From Escherichia phage PECP14, in the sequence record OQ870555.1: a stretch of 64,000 bases of DNA. One strand, given 5' to 3'. The notes beneath the pieces were generated by a model. It was not told where the DNA came from and ran no database searches. It was given only the letters and a program-made list of their open reading frames with translations. A program made the translations under genes and the position numbers. Shown here piece by piece: positions 45,253-55,497 of the stretch. Every line of letters starts with the position of its first letter. Position 1 is the stretch's first letter.

Positions 45253-46588
45253 ATGCAATTTTAGCTAATTGTACTGCTTTCTCCGGAGTCATAGTAATAG
45301 TTTTCCATGCATTATTGCGATACACGGCCATACGTCCAGAAGCCTGTCTTAAACCAGTACCTCCTTTCATAATTAAATCTACAACAATCGGATCTAGCTT
45401 TCCGTCAACAATACGTTGAACGCGGCCTGCTAACTGTTCTATGAGAGATTCATTATTAATGAGACTTCCCATTATTAAACAAGACAGCTCGTTAAGAGAA
45501 ATACCTTCTGAGAAGATACTCTGAGCTGCTGCAAGCACACAGGGTCCGCCCTCCGCTACATCTTTCTGGATTCTCAATCGGTCATCCAAAGGAGTTGCAC
45601 CTATAATCTCATAGGTTGTAACACCACGTTGTGCGAGAGCTTCTAATATTGTTTGGATTAGTTCCGTCCTATCACTTACAAAGAGAACCTTATGCCCCAT
45701 AGACACATATAAATGTGCTAGGTTTATAATAGTTTCCCGATATTCAGGATGATTATATACATCATTAGCACGTAGTGCCCACGGTACGTTCTGGTTTCCT
45801 GATAACTCGACAGGTACGGAGTACCTATGGATTGTGGGTGGAACAGTGTTATTAACAGGGGGACTAAAGATCTTATATCCAAAGAAATCTTTGAACATAA
45901 CTTGTAGCCCATCTTTACGTTTTAATGTACCTGATAGACCGATCTTGTAGCGAGCACATGAGATCTCTAGGAAATTAGTGAAAGTTGTAGCTACACAGTG
46001 GTGAACTTCATCAACTATAACAGTACCGAATACCTTAGAAAGATTATTCGCATGTTTGTTCACTGTTTGTATATTACTGACCACGATTGGTGGATCAATG
46101 TTATACTTTCCAGAACCTATAATACCCGGCTCGAATCCAAACCATTTACGAACTTCTGCAGCCCACATTTCACGAATGGATGTGTTAGTGCAGATTACCA
46201 GAGTTTTCTGGCCAAACTTATATGCAAGAGCTAGAGCTAGGATAGTTTTACCAAATCCAGGCTTACCATTAATAATACAGGTATCATCGCACTCTTCATA
46301 TATAGGAAGCTGATCTTCTTCACGTAGCTTGAACTGAGGTTCTGGTATTTCTACCGGAGCTAATGTGCGTTTATCAACTAATTCGTATTTTACTCCCTTA
46401 GCATCTAGTAAATCCAGACGCGTAATGGGAATCCACTTAATCTCTTTAGCAACAACACCACTATTCTTATACATAATAGGGTATTTACTAGTCATTGTCT
46501 CGATGTGATAAGTGGTTTGCTTACTACAATAATCCCAGAGTTCATCATCGGGCTTGAAATAGGCTTTATTAGATATAACAACCTTCAT
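45236..46588 (-). CDS. D10: SF2 DNA helicase (D10-like, 450 aa)
   Basis: Walker A GKPGFGKT and DEAH-type box VIVDEVHH; helicase motif VI region QLAGRVQR. Confidence 0.85.
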   Translation of the reverse strand: MKVVISNKAYFKPDDELWDYCSKQTTYHIETMTSKYPIMYKNSGVVAKEIKWIPITRLDLLDAKGVKYELVDKRTLAPVEIPEPQFKLREEDQLPIYEECDDTCIINGKPGFGKTILALALAYKFGQKTLVICTNTSIREMWAAEVRKWFGFEPGIIGSGKYNIDPPIVVSNIQTVNKHANNLSKVFGTVIVDEVHHCVATTFTNFLEISCARYKIGLSGTLKRKDGLQVMFKDFFGYKIFSPPVNNTVPPTIHRYSVPVELSGNQNVPWALRANDVYNHPEYRETIINLAHLYVSMGHKVLFVSDRTELIQTILEALAQRGVTTYEIIGATPLDDRLRIQKDVAEGGPCVLAAAQSIFSEGISLNELSCLIMGSLINNESLIEQLAGRVQRIVDGKLDPIVVDLIMKGGTGLRQASGRMAVYRNNAWKTITMTPEKAVQLAKIAFGNCS

Positions 46589-47082
46589 AATTTTATTCTA
46601 AGTCTAGGAATTTCAGGCTCCTCTTGATGGACTTGATAAATAACAGGGCTATTATTTACCAGAATATAGCTTATATAAGCTGGAACATAGGATAGCACGA
46701 ATGGATACGGGACTTTAGCCACATAGCATTGATACTTTCCATTATAAATTCTTGCAGAATGCAGAACTTTAGATGTGATAACATCATAGAACGTAGTTTT
46801 CTTCCAGTTAATGAGATTTCCATCAGAATCTATGAACTGGCTACGCTTTGACCCAACTAATTGGGACAACATTGATATTCTACCACGAATAGGATAGAGC
46901 TTATAAGGTAATTCTTTCCGCTTCTCAAATAAGGCTAACCTACGTTGAGAGAATGTGCCAGGCAACTCCCTGTTATCCAGCACATATTTATTATATCTTG
47001 TTGTAATTACGGAATAATCACCTTCCTGCTCAATTGATACAAACGCCCGTAAAGCATATACGGGCAATTTGAAATCAAGCAC
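46585..47082 (-). CDS. hypothetical protein (165 aa)
   Basis: ORF between the DNA polymerase and helicase genes, overlapping both by a few nucleotides. Confidence 0.5.
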   Translation of the reverse strand: MLDFKLPVYALRAFVSIEQEGDYSVITTRYNKYVLDNRELPGTFSQRRLALFEKRKELPYKLYPIRGRISMLSQLVGSKRSQFIDSDGNLINWKKTTFYDVITSKVLHSARIYNGKYQCYVAKVPYPFVLSYVPAYISYILVNNSPVIYQVHQEEPEIPRLRIKL

Positions 47083-49642
47083 CTAAAATCCTTTTCACAT
47101 TATCCAGATCTTTACATACAGCAATAAACTTATCATCCTTGTACTTGCTGTGGTCTGGATGCTCTTTATCCATTGCAGCTAACTTCTTATACTCGAAATC
47201 TGCATCGAGTAATACACCCTTAACATAACGAGTATACTCATCATCATCAATACAAGCGATTGATGGGTGCTGTTTCTTCATCTTACCACAAGAGTAGTCA
47301 CGAGAACCACCTTTCTCAGAATCAGAATCAATACCGATTGGGCAGCCAGGGATACTAATACCACGATCCTTCTGGATGTTACGAATCAGAATCTCGTTAT
47401 ATTGATCAATCAGATCTTCACGTACAATAGCAACCACGGAGTCGTGAACCAACATGACGATCTTCATCTCTTTTCCTAGACCCAGGGACAGGATTTCCTC
47501 ATCCGCATCAATAGCACCTAACAACAGGCTATCAGAAGATGCAGACTGAATGATTGCGTTAAATCCAGAACGGATTTCTTCACCCTGAACACCGCGATCT
47601 TCGGAGTGGATATTGTGCAGACGACGCTTACGACCAAAGTGACTATAGATGAATCCAAAGTTCTTGATCTGATCGTGGCACTTATCAATCCAACGCTTAA
47701 GCTGAGGGAACTGACCGAAGTAAGTTTCGATATAGTCCTTCGCATCTGCAACGGTACATTCAACAAACGGTTCGCCTGTCTTAGCAGCCTGTTCCAGAAG
47801 AGCTTCGTTAACAGAATGAGCTACTTTAGCTGGGCCAGAACCATACAGAATACCGAAGGTAATTGCCTTAGCAGCCTGACGCAGAGCTGGGAACAGCTTC
47901 TTAACATCACGTGGTTCACAGGTCAGTTTAAATACCATGTGTGCGATGTTTGAGTGGAAGTCAGGGTATTTATCAGGCTCATTCTTCATGTTGATAAATA
48001 CTTGTTGCATGTTTCTGTCACCAGACAGTACAGCAGCGTAATAAACTTCCGCAGTTGTTAAGTCCCATGCGATTACACGATATCCAGGGGGAGCTACTAC
48101 ACAACCCTTAATAATAGATTCATCACGTGGTAACTGTTGCAGGTTTAGCTTACCAGAAGAACTCAGACGACCAGAAGTAGTCATGTGTTCGTGGAAACCG
48201 GTACGAATGCAACCATCTGCATCGATGCTCAGAAGAATCTTCTCAACATAAGTAGAGATCAGCTTAGTCAGCTTACGAATCTCTAGCAGAGTTTTCGCAA
48301 TCGGGTGCTGAGTAGCCAATTCATTCAGAGCTTCTGCGTTTGTAGAATCTGCACCTGTATCTGTCAGTTTACCAGTTGGAGTCAGACCAACATAATCAAA
48401 CAGAAGAACACGAAGTTGCTTAACAGAGTTCGGGTTAAATGCTTCGTTCTGATCTTTCTCTAGCTGAACGACTTCTGGATAAGTATACAGCTTTTCACGA
48501 GCCTTGTTCAGGTTGTGAGTTAACTGATACTGAGCTTCTTTCAAGCGATCAACAGAAATTGGTACACCACGATCTTCAACACGTTGCAGGAATACGCAAC
48601 CAGGCATCAGAACATCATAGTATAGACTGCGAAGTTTTTCATTCTTCTCAATTTTCGGTAAGAAGAAGTTATGCAGACGCAGAGTAGCATCGGTATCTTT
48701 TGCAGCATATGGCCACATAATATCAAATGGAATCAGATCATAGCTGAAATCCTCTTTTTTGATCTTATGTGCCTTGCAATAATCATCCTTGAACTTATCC
48801 AGTTCAAAGTCGTAATCGCCCATGTCAGTATACTTCATAGCCAGAGATTTCAGGCCGTGGGTACCACGACGTTCATCGAGAACATAGTGTTGTAACATGG
48901 TATCATGAAGTCTACGCTCTTTATGTGCTTTCTCAAAGGAAAGTCCTAAATGATAGGAATAAAAGTGCATATCGAACTTCAAGTTATGAAAAACGATCTG
49001 ATGATTCTTGCTATCCAGAATTTTCTGGAGATAATGTACAGCTACTTCGGTGATGCTGTCAGAGTCAATATAAACACCCTGATACTCTTGGTGAGACATA
49101 GAAACACCAAGCAGATAACCATCACGAGCGTACAAAGCTGAGGTTTCGGAGTCGAATGCGACAGGTCCGATAACCATGTTATACACCATCTTAATGTATT
49201 CTTCAGCTTCGTCTGGATCAGTAATAGGACGATAATCACCAGCTTTTGCAATCTTCTCACGACCATTAATAATGTCATGAATACTTTCTACAGTTGCATC
49301 GAAAACTGGTTTCATTTCAGGTTTAAAGTGTAGCTGAGCTGGACTAATACTTGCAATCCAGTTGGCATAGCCGCCATGCTCTACACGTTTACCAGTATAA
49401 TCACCGATACCTTTCTTACCTGCGAAATACAGGAAAGGTTCAGCACCAACTAGTACAACAAAATCGTAATCGTTCGGATCGAACGGGTTAACTGGAGTTC
49501 CGATTGTAATATGCTTTTTCAGCAAACGGCCAGATAACTTCTCGTTACACATATGGAATACATCAACTTCCTCACCGTAAAGCTGGAAGTGTTTATCATA
49601 ACGAGTGTTATTTAGAGCTTTATCAACTACTGCAATTTTCAA
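47075..49642 (-). CDS. family A DNA polymerase with 3'-5' exonuclease domain (855 aa)
   Basis: Pol I-type motifs (DYxxAE-like region, RxxAKxxxFGxxYG motif B, VHDS motif C); length matches my recollection of the T5 polymerase. Confidence 0.95.
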   Translation of the reverse strand: MKIAVVDKALNNTRYDKHFQLYGEEVDVFHMCNEKLSGRLLKKHITIGTPVNPFDPNDYDFVVLVGAEPFLYFAGKKGIGDYTGKRVEHGGYANWIASISPAQLHFKPEMKPVFDATVESIHDIINGREKIAKAGDYRPITDPDEAEEYIKMVYNMVIGPVAFDSETSALYARDGYLLGVSMSHQEYQGVYIDSDSITEVAVHYLQKILDSKNHQIVFHNLKFDMHFYSYHLGLSFEKAHKERRLHDTMLQHYVLDERRGTHGLKSLAMKYTDMGDYDFELDKFKDDYCKAHKIKKEDFSYDLIPFDIMWPYAAKDTDATLRLHNFFLPKIEKNEKLRSLYYDVLMPGCVFLQRVEDRGVPISVDRLKEAQYQLTHNLNKAREKLYTYPEVVQLEKDQNEAFNPNSVKQLRVLLFDYVGLTPTGKLTDTGADSTNAEALNELATQHPIAKTLLEIRKLTKLISTYVEKILLSIDADGCIRTGFHEHMTTSGRLSSSGKLNLQQLPRDESIIKGCVVAPPGYRVIAWDLTTAEVYYAAVLSGDRNMQQVFINMKNEPDKYPDFHSNIAHMVFKLTCEPRDVKKLFPALRQAAKAITFGILYGSGPAKVAHSVNEALLEQAAKTGEPFVECTVADAKDYIETYFGQFPQLKRWIDKCHDQIKNFGFIYSHFGRKRRLHNIHSEDRGVQGEEIRSGFNAIIQSASSDSLLLGAIDADEEILSLGLGKEMKIVMLVHDSVVAIVREDLIDQYNEILIRNIQKDRGISIPGCPIGIDSDSEKGGSRDYSCGKMKKQHPSIACIDDDEYTRYVKGVLLDADFEYKKLAAMDKEHPDHSKYKDDKFIAVCKDLDNVKRILGA

Positions 49643-49703
49643 ATTTAGTCTCCTTTTGGTAAGTAAGTATAACTTCAGTGTTTCTTCTCTAACTTACCAA
49701 TAT

Positions 49704-49732
49704 ATTATACCAAATCTTTGAGCGATTCGGCA
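49704..49732 (-). promoter_or_regulatory. Candidate promoter with extended -10 (TGGTATAAT) upstream of the DNA polymerase gene
   Basis: Minus-strand TATAAT at 49704-49709 preceded by TGG; the -35 is weak; lies inside the 3' end of the primase gene. Confidence 0.35.
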
Positions 49733-50595
49733 ACTAAAATTTCAATACGTTGAGCCAACATATCGATCTCTTCTTTATTTAAATCACCTGGGTCTTTGCC
49801 TTCTGGAAGAAGGAAGTTACCAACTACAGGTGTTAAACGTGTTTTTGTACGAATTAGCTTCGCTAGTGCTTGAGCAGCTTTATTACCAGAGGCATCATTA
49901 TCTAATAGGATAACTACTACTCTTACTCCAGCAATAATGTAAGGACTGAACTTATCAGCAATGTTATCAGATGTAAACTGATGTGTACCAAAGCAGCAAG
50001 AAGCATAATCCACACCGTTATCTTCTAGATTTAACATATCAAAGATACCTTCAACTAGAACAAGAACTGGTGTATTATATCGTACAGGGAAAATCGGTGG
50101 TGAAACTTGTTTTGGTTTTACTAAGTATTTAGGAGGGGCAGAACCGTTTATAGAACGTCCCAGAAATAGGATATTGCGTCCAACAGCATCTGTTATTGGG
50201 AATACAATTCTGCCTTCCCAGTCTGCTTGATGTTGGAAAGCAAAATATTTCTTCAAGGTCTTAGAACTGATACCTCGGAAATCACCTTCGAAAAGGTAAG
50301 CAGATTCAGGAATTGCAAGATTCGTAGATCCATTCCTAATCTCTGAAATCTTTTTACGTACTTGTGACAATCTTGGTGACTGTCTGTACTGAGTCTCATT
50401 AAAATAATGGTAAATGCTCGGTATTCCTCTACCGAAGCCACAACTCAAGCAGTGCATAATACCTGATTCAGGATCAATACGCAAACTTGGGTGTTTATCA
50501 TCATGATCTGGATTGAGACAACAGATGAGGATGTCCCCACCTGTGTCTTTGTATTCAATGCCTTTCAGATCAAGTAGTTCTGTTATTCTACTCAT
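49705..50595 (-). CDS. DnaG-like DNA primase (zinc-binding domain plus Toprim, 296 aa)
   Basis: CHC2-type zinc motif CLNPDHDDKHPSL...HCLSCG; Toprim-like VLVEG and LLDNDASGNKAA. Confidence 0.8.
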   Translation of the reverse strand: MSRITELLDLKGIEYKDTGGDILICCLNPDHDDKHPSLRIDPESGIMHCLSCGFGRGIPSIYHYFNETQYRQSPRLSQVRKKISEIRNGSTNLAIPESAYLFEGDFRGISSKTLKKYFAFQHQADWEGRIVFPITDAVGRNILFLGRSINGSAPPKYLVKPKQVSPPIFPVRYNTPVLVLVEGIFDMLNLEDNGVDYASCCFGTHQFTSDNIADKFSPYIIAGVRVVVILLDNDASGNKAAQALAKLIRTKTRLTPVVGNFLLPEGKDPGDLNKEEIDMLAQRIEILVAESLKDLV

Positions 50596-52064
50596 ATATC
50601 GCTGGCCTGTTCACCTGTTGAATTTTCAGCTTTGTCTTTCTTAGCACGTTTAGGTTGAGCTGGTTTATCCTTTTCAATAGGAATAACGAACTCAGCTTCC
50701 ATTTGCGCAATATCTTCCATTGCTAGGTTGGTAGTATTATCCATTCGCAGAGTTTCCCAGTTCATCTTAGGCATAAACTTCACACTATCAGAGGAACGAG
50801 TCTTAACGAAGTCAAACATAATAGCACCTTGACCGTTATCAGCTTTTGCAGCATTAAGATTAGCAGCCATATCTGCGGAATCAAGAATCCCTTTAGACAT
50901 ACGCGTTCTACCATCTTGGTCAATCTGGTAAGGGGCAACACCAGCCACGTTATGTTTCTGGCAGATAGATTTGAAAGATGAACTAACAACCATCTGTTCT
51001 TTCCAGTCATACATATCAATGGTCTTTGAATCTGGAAGTCTTGTTTGGTTAATATAGTCTAGAAGAGCTACAGTAACCTTATCACCATACTTAGCAACTA
51101 GTTTATTTAATTCTACGTCAACCGTCGTAATAGACAGTTCAGGATCGTAAACGATGATCATAGGAGTGTGAAGCTCATAGCCTTCAAGGAGTTTACTTTC
51201 CATATCATAGAAGTCACTCATTTTAGCCATAGTGTATTGCTTAACGAAGTTATCGAAAAGCTCTTCACCACCATTAAACATCCTAGCCCTAGTTCTGGCT
51301 AATCTCAACAGAGCAGCACCTTCAAGAGTGTTATTACGCATTGCTAATGCAGATACTCCAGCTAACATAGCCAGATTACGTCTAAACACTTCGTGCTCTT
51401 TCATCTCAATTGAGAAGTATGGAGCAATGTCTCCATTCAAATATTGCTGAACCTGTATGTTTGAACAGATAATGGATTTACCAGTACCACGCCAACCACC
51501 AAGCAGTAACGTTTCTGTGCGAGCTAAACCAATTTGAGCGTCGAACTCATTACAAATACCAAGAGCGATCAAGTTCAGTTTGGTATCTTCTTCTCTCTGG
51601 AAAATACGCATTGTGTCTGCGTTGAATACCTTTCCAGTATTCGTTACTTTCTCTTCTAATTTTAAGTGAAGGGAGGCAACTCGGTTGAGAATTTCTCCCT
51701 GATCCAGCATTGTTAAATCTTGAAGCACGTCTGTTTCTAGAAGTTTCAGGAATAGATCCTGTGTATATTCGGCTTCTAGGACTTCAAGCGCCTGTTCCAT
51801 GCTCACTTCTGGAATTTGAGTGTTAGCTAAGACGACAAGAGCTTGAGAAAGGCGGGCGTTCCTATTGGCCTCAAGCATCAGTGCGTCAATGGACGGCATT
51901 GCGTTATATTTCTTATAATAATTCTGGACGGCTTGGTAAATTGAGGAGAAAGCGTCATTAAAATGATCTTTATGCAGTTTTGAGAATGTTTCCAATGCTA
52001 TTTGCTTCTGTTCAGAAGCGAGAAGCATCTTCAACACTACAGCTTGCACGTTAAACAAGGTCAT
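50592..52064 (-). CDS. DnaB-like replicative helicase (about 490 aa)
   Basis: Walker A GGWRGTGKS with RecA-like core; start set at the ATG preceded by AGGAG (the listed ORF extends to 52115). Confidence 0.75.
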   Translation of the reverse strand: MTLFNVQAVVLKMLLASEQKQIALETFSKLHKDHFNDAFSSIYQAVQNYYKKYNAMPSIDALMLEANRNARLSQALVVLANTQIPEVSMEQALEVLEAEYTQDLFLKLLETDVLQDLTMLDQGEILNRVASLHLKLEEKVTNTGKVFNADTMRIFQREEDTKLNLIALGICNEFDAQIGLARTETLLLGGWRGTGKSIICSNIQVQQYLNGDIAPYFSIEMKEHEVFRRNLAMLAGVSALAMRNNTLEGAALLRLARTRARMFNGGEELFDNFVKQYTMAKMSDFYDMESKLLEGYELHTPMIIVYDPELSITTVDVELNKLVAKYGDKVTVALLDYINQTRLPDSKTIDMYDWKEQMVVSSSFKSICQKHNVAGVAPYQIDQDGRTRMSKGILDSADMAANLNAAKADNGQGAIMFDFVKTRSSDSVKFMPKMNWETLRMDNTTNLAMEDIAQMEAEFVIPIEKDKPAQPKRAKKDKAENSTGEQASDI

Positions 52065-52107
52065 TCTCCTTTGCACGCTTTCGTGCCTTCTAAATGCAAA
52101 AAGGGGA

Positions 52108-52140
52108 AGGAGCATAGCCCCCTCCCCTTAGGTTTAATTT
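52108..52140 (-). terminator. Terminator hairpin (AAGGGGAGG / CCTTCCCCTT) followed by TTTTGCATTT on the minus strand
   Basis: GC-rich stem with one bulge plus T-run, directly downstream of gene 52147-52914. Confidence 0.55.
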
Positions 52141-52146
52141 ACCAGA

Positions 52147-52914
52147 TTATTCAGCAGCCGCAGCTTTTGCATCCAGTTTAGCACGCTTAGCGGCACCATC
52201 ATAGTCCTTAGCAACCAGACCACGACGAGACAGCATAGATTTAACACCGCGCTCAGACTTACCAGTTTTCTCAGCGATCTCAGCAACAGTCATGTTAGCC
52301 AGATCCAGACCTTCTAACAGATCTTCACGAGTTTTAGCACTTGAAGTTTCCTGTACCGGCATAGCAGCGATACGACCTTCACGAAGCAGACTCAGAGCTT
52401 TACCACGGATCTGCTTAATATTGCGACCGAAGTGAGCAGCGATAGCTTCAATAGTAGCACCAGCAACAACCTGATTAACGAAATCAGTTTCTTCGTCAGG
52501 AGTGAAGGAACGAACAGCAGCAGCTTTTTCGGTTGGCTTAACAGAAGCAGTCATTTCCAGACTCAGGATCTTACCCTGTACCTGCTTAGCACCGAACTGA
52601 CCACCAGCTACAGCAGCAGCGATTTCAGCGTAAGTATACTGACCAGCATGAGCGTTCAGGAAATCAACCAGTTCAGCTTCCTGCTCAGGAGTCCACGGGG
52701 ATTTCTGTACTTCGTTTGCTTTCTGTACTTCGAAACCTTCTTTACGCAGCTTAGAGCCAACAGAGCGAGCGGTAACGTCTTTGCCAGTCTCGGTAGCCAA
52801 TTCAGCAGCGATAGCAGCTACTTGTTCTTGAGAGATTACAGCAACACCCAGAGCAGTGGCTTTTGCTTTCAGAGACTCGGTTACACCTTCTACGTTCCAG
52901 TTCAGTTTAGACAT
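52147..52914 (-). CDS. DNA-binding protein with four tandem helix-turn-helix-like repeats (255 aa; possibly D5-like)
   Basis: Four repeats of the pattern (V/I)AxIAxx(T/F)G(K/R)...(K/R)xLxxxG; position next to the replication genes. Assignment to D5 is tentative. Confidence 0.55.
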   Translation of the reverse strand: MSKLNWNVEGVTESLKAKATALGVAVISQEQVAAIAAELATETGKDVTARSVGSKLRKEGFEVQKANEVQKSPWTPEQEAELVDFLNAHAGQYTYAEIAAAVAGGQFGAKQVQGKILSLEMTASVKPTEKAAAVRSFTPDEETDFVNQVVAGATIEAIAAHFGRNIKQIRGKALSLLREGRIAAMPVQETSSAKTREDLLEGLDLANMTVAEIAEKTGKSERGVKSMLSRRGLVAKDYDGAAKRAKLDAKAAAAE

Positions 52915-53689
52915 TATTATTTTTCTCCAATAGTTCTTTAATCGACAGGATTTCTATCCCATTCGTTTCGGCTTTCTTATAAGATGAGGAAGAACGTTTT
53001 GATTCATCCTCACAGATTAGGTATTTGACGTCTTTGGTAACGGACTTCTTAACCGTATATCCTAGACTTTCTAAATAGTTTGTTGCATCCGTTCGATTTG
53101 CAAAATCTTGCAAAGATCCGGTAATACAGACCGTGATTCCATTTGGCTGGGTAACTAAATCATCTGTAATGATGATATCCGCTTTAGCACCTCGAATACC
53201 TGTTGAGAATTTCCACGGTAATTCAATAACATCCTTGCCTTGTGGGGAATTTAGCCAGGTTTTGTAATTTTCTCCAGCCTTGCCGTCAGCCTTCACATCG
53301 TGGAAGCTAGTGCAATTTTGGGACAGTTTCTTTGCTGCAACCTCTCCAATAAGAGGAATTCCTAAAGAACCGAGAACTGAACCAAAGTCAGTGTCTCCGC
53401 GAACCTTAGTATTTAACTCGCTAATCAATTTAGCGGCAACCTTGCTACCCACAGCTCCGACCAAATCTTCTTCGGTCAGGTAAAACAGTTCTGAGATCTT
53501 AGTCAGCTCCAGCTTCTCAATAGTTTTCGGGCCAAAGCCCTTTAACTTCATTTTTGTGCAGAAGTTCTCGATTAACTTACTTGATTGCGCTGGACAGTTG
53601 GACTTATTCCTACAGAATAATTGCCCGTTGACAAGATCTAGCTTAGAACCACAAGAGGGACATTGTGTTGGAATTTCGATTTTCATCAA
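52907..53689 (-). CDS. NAD-dependent DNA ligase, C-terminal part (zinc finger, HhH and BRCT region; 260 aa)
   Basis: Four-Cys zinc finger CPSCGSKL...CRNKSNCPAQ, helix-hairpin-helix GFGPKT and a BRCT-like tail; separate ORF from the adenylation-domain gene. Confidence 0.75.
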   Translation of the reverse strand: MMKIEIPTQCPSCGSKLDLVNGQLFCRNKSNCPAQSSKLIENFCTKMKLKGFGPKTIEKLELTKISELFYLTEEDLVGAVGSKVAAKLISELNTKVRGDTDFGSVLGSLGIPLIGEVAAKKLSQNCTSFHDVKADGKAGENYKTWLNSPQGKDVIELPWKFSTGIRGAKADIIITDDLVTQPNGITVCITGSLQDFANRTDATNYLESLGYTVKKSVTKDVKYLICEDESKRSSSSYKKAETNGIEILSIKELLEKNNNV

Positions 53690-53717
53690 ATTTCTTCCTT
53701 ATCAATTTATATAAATA

Positions 53718-53746
53718 TTATAACAAGTATTTAAGCATTTAGCAAC
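53718..53746 (-). promoter_or_regulatory. Early promoter TTGCTA-N17-TATAAT in the gap between the two ligase ORFs
   Basis: Minus-strand -35 at 53741-53746, -10 at 53718-53723, TG immediately upstream of the -10. Confidence 0.6.
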
Positions 53747-53888
53747 TACAATTTTAACTAACTTTGCTTACCCTCGCCATAACTTTCTATCCCTCAACTG
53801 AATGATAATAGTATATACCTAAGCGGCGAAAATGTCAATAACCACTTTATAATTCCGACATGGTAAACGGGTAGCAAAGGGTTACGAA

Positions 53889-54860
53889 TTAGTCGTATAC
53901 TCGCTCTACTATACAAGGGATTACACCACCAGCACGAATCACTCGAATCTGGCAACCGATCTCTAAATCGAGAGCGTTAATATAATCAACGTTATTAAGA
54001 GTTGCTTTAACGATTGTGGCATCATCAATAATCACCGGCTCGAAATAACCAACTGGAGTTACTTTACCAGAAGCCCCTACTTGCCATTCAACTTTAACAA
54101 GTGTGGTAATTTCGCCTTCTTCATCCTCTTTAATAGCAAATGCGCCACGAGGAAATTTATTAGTCCAACCTTCACGGAAGAATTTGTTGTTATCATTAAT
54201 ACGAACAACTTTACCATCTGTCGGAATCCATTTAAAGAAGGAACGAACATTAACAACTGTCAAGAAGTTCTCATTCTCTAGCCAAAGCATATCTTTTAAA
54301 TAGGCTTCTGTAATACCGACTGTTTCCGCTGAACACTGGATACCATATGCAACGAAGATTAAACCACCTTCACCAATACGTTGGATGAAATCATCGCTGT
54401 CTTTCAGGTTAATAGCACCTGAAGCGTAGTTACGTTTGTTCTCTACTTCTTTAGTAATGAGAACTTCACCAGTGATTTGAGTTGGAACTTTTTGGGAAAT
54501 AGTTTTAGGGATGTTCAGCATTTTAACATTATGCGTTACATCATTCCCTAGAATACCGTTACCACGAGTTAACGCTTGAACAAATTCACCATTAATATAT
54601 AATAGAGAAATCGCACAACCATCTAACTTATCAGTTTCAACCTGACCTAATGGATTGAATGGAGCTTTATCACCGCGACCGTAATAGACTTTCTGCAAAG
54701 AATACATACGATACAAATGAGGAATATCACCTTTCGGTCCGATTTCTTCCTCCAGTGGGAATCTTTTAATCAGACGATCATATTCTTCATCGGAAATAAG
54801 ACTCATTCCCTGGTAGTACGCTTCTTGACAACGTTTGATAAAGTCTTTTACATTATTCAT
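53889..54860 (-). CDS. NAD-dependent DNA ligase, N-terminal adenylation domain part (323 aa)
   Basis: Adenylation motif I KLDG (ETDKLDGCAIS) and following nucleotidyltransferase/OB region; ends 200 bp upstream of the C-terminal-part ORF. Confidence 0.75.
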   Translation of the reverse strand: MNNVKDFIKRCQEAYYQGMSLISDEEYDRLIKRFPLEEEIGPKGDIPHLYRMYSLQKVYYGRGDKAPFNPLGQVETDKLDGCAISLLYINGEFVQALTRGNGILGNDVTHNVKMLNIPKTISQKVPTQITGEVLITKEVENKRNYASGAINLKDSDDFIQRIGEGGLIFVAYGIQCSAETVGITEAYLKDMLWLENENFLTVVNVRSFFKWIPTDGKVVRINDNNKFFREGWTNKFPRGAFAIKEDEEGEITTLVKVEWQVGASGKVTPVGYFEPVIIDDATIVKATLNNVDYINALDLEIGCQIRVIRAGGVIPCIVERVYD

Positions 54861-55053
54861 CGTCTGCGATTTCCATTTTGAGTTCTTTGTTATACTGAGC
54901 AGCCATACCAGCTAAATCAGCAGCTTCTTTCAACCACGCATCTTTGTACGCTTTCTGGTTTGGAGTGCCGATACTATCCTGGTAATTGATTCTTGCTATG
55001 GAGAGCAAATTAAGTTTTGCTTGAATCTTTGGAAGTGTTATTGTCATTGCCAT
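54853..55053 (-). CDS. hypothetical small protein (about 66 aa)
   Basis: ORF directly downstream of an early promoter; start set at the ATG 6 nt after GAGAGGA. Confidence 0.4.
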   Translation of the reverse strand: MAMTITLPKIQAKLNLLSIARINYQDSIGTPNQKAYKDAWLKEAADLAGMAAQYNKELKMEIADDE

Positions 55054-55082
55054 AATTGATCCTCTCATCAATTTATATAAAT

Positions 55083-55111
55083 ATTATATATGAAAACTGA
55101 GTCGAAAGCAA
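55083..55111 (-). promoter_or_regulatory. Early promoter TTGCTT-N17-TATAAT
   Basis: Minus-strand -35 at 55106-55111 and -10 at 55083-55088; conserved downstream leader. Confidence 0.6.
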
Positions 55112-55127
55112 GTACATTTATAAAGAA

Positions 55128-55150
55128 AAAGCCAAGAACTAGGCATTCTT
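55128..55150 (-). terminator. Terminator hairpin GCCAAGAA-N7-TTCTTGGC followed by TTTTTCTTTAT on the minus strand
   Basis: 8-bp stem plus T-run at the 3' end of gene 55139-55447. Confidence 0.5.
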
Positions 55151-55447
55151 GGCTTTGAGTTCTTCAGCTCGTTTCTGTACTTCATGCAAGACCTCGGATT
55201 CACTGAGGATTTGCGTAAAAGCGTAGAATAGCTGTGATGTAGTTTCTAGGGTATAAGGAAAAGAGAAGCCGGATTTCGTTGGAAACCACTCTCCAGTAAT
55301 ATCTTGGAGCCAGTAACGAATTCCCATGTATAGATTCCCACGAAATTCAGATACGGTTAGTCTTACTTGTTCCCCCTCCTTCTCCCAAAGCATGATGGAC
55401 TGGTCGTCAACGTGTCCTTCATAGTTTTGATTTACCTGATCGCTCAT
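55139..55447 (-). CDS. hypothetical protein (102 aa)
   Basis: ORF with terminator hairpins at both flanks. Confidence 0.5.
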   Translation of the reverse strand: MSDQVNQNYEGHVDDQSIMLWEKEGEQVRLTVSEFRGNLYMGIRYWLQDITGEWFPTKSGFSFPYTLETTSQLFYAFTQILSESEVLHEVQKRAEELKAKNA

Positions 55448-55469
55448 TTACATATCCCAAATACACAAA

Positions 55470-55490
55470 AAGCCCCATATAGGGGCTAAT
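55470..55490 (-). terminator. Terminator hairpin AGCCCC-N5-GGGGCT followed by TTTTTGTGTATTT on the minus strand
   Basis: Stem plus T-run downstream of gene 55498-55794. Confidence 0.5.
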
Positions 55491-55497
55491 TGGTTTC

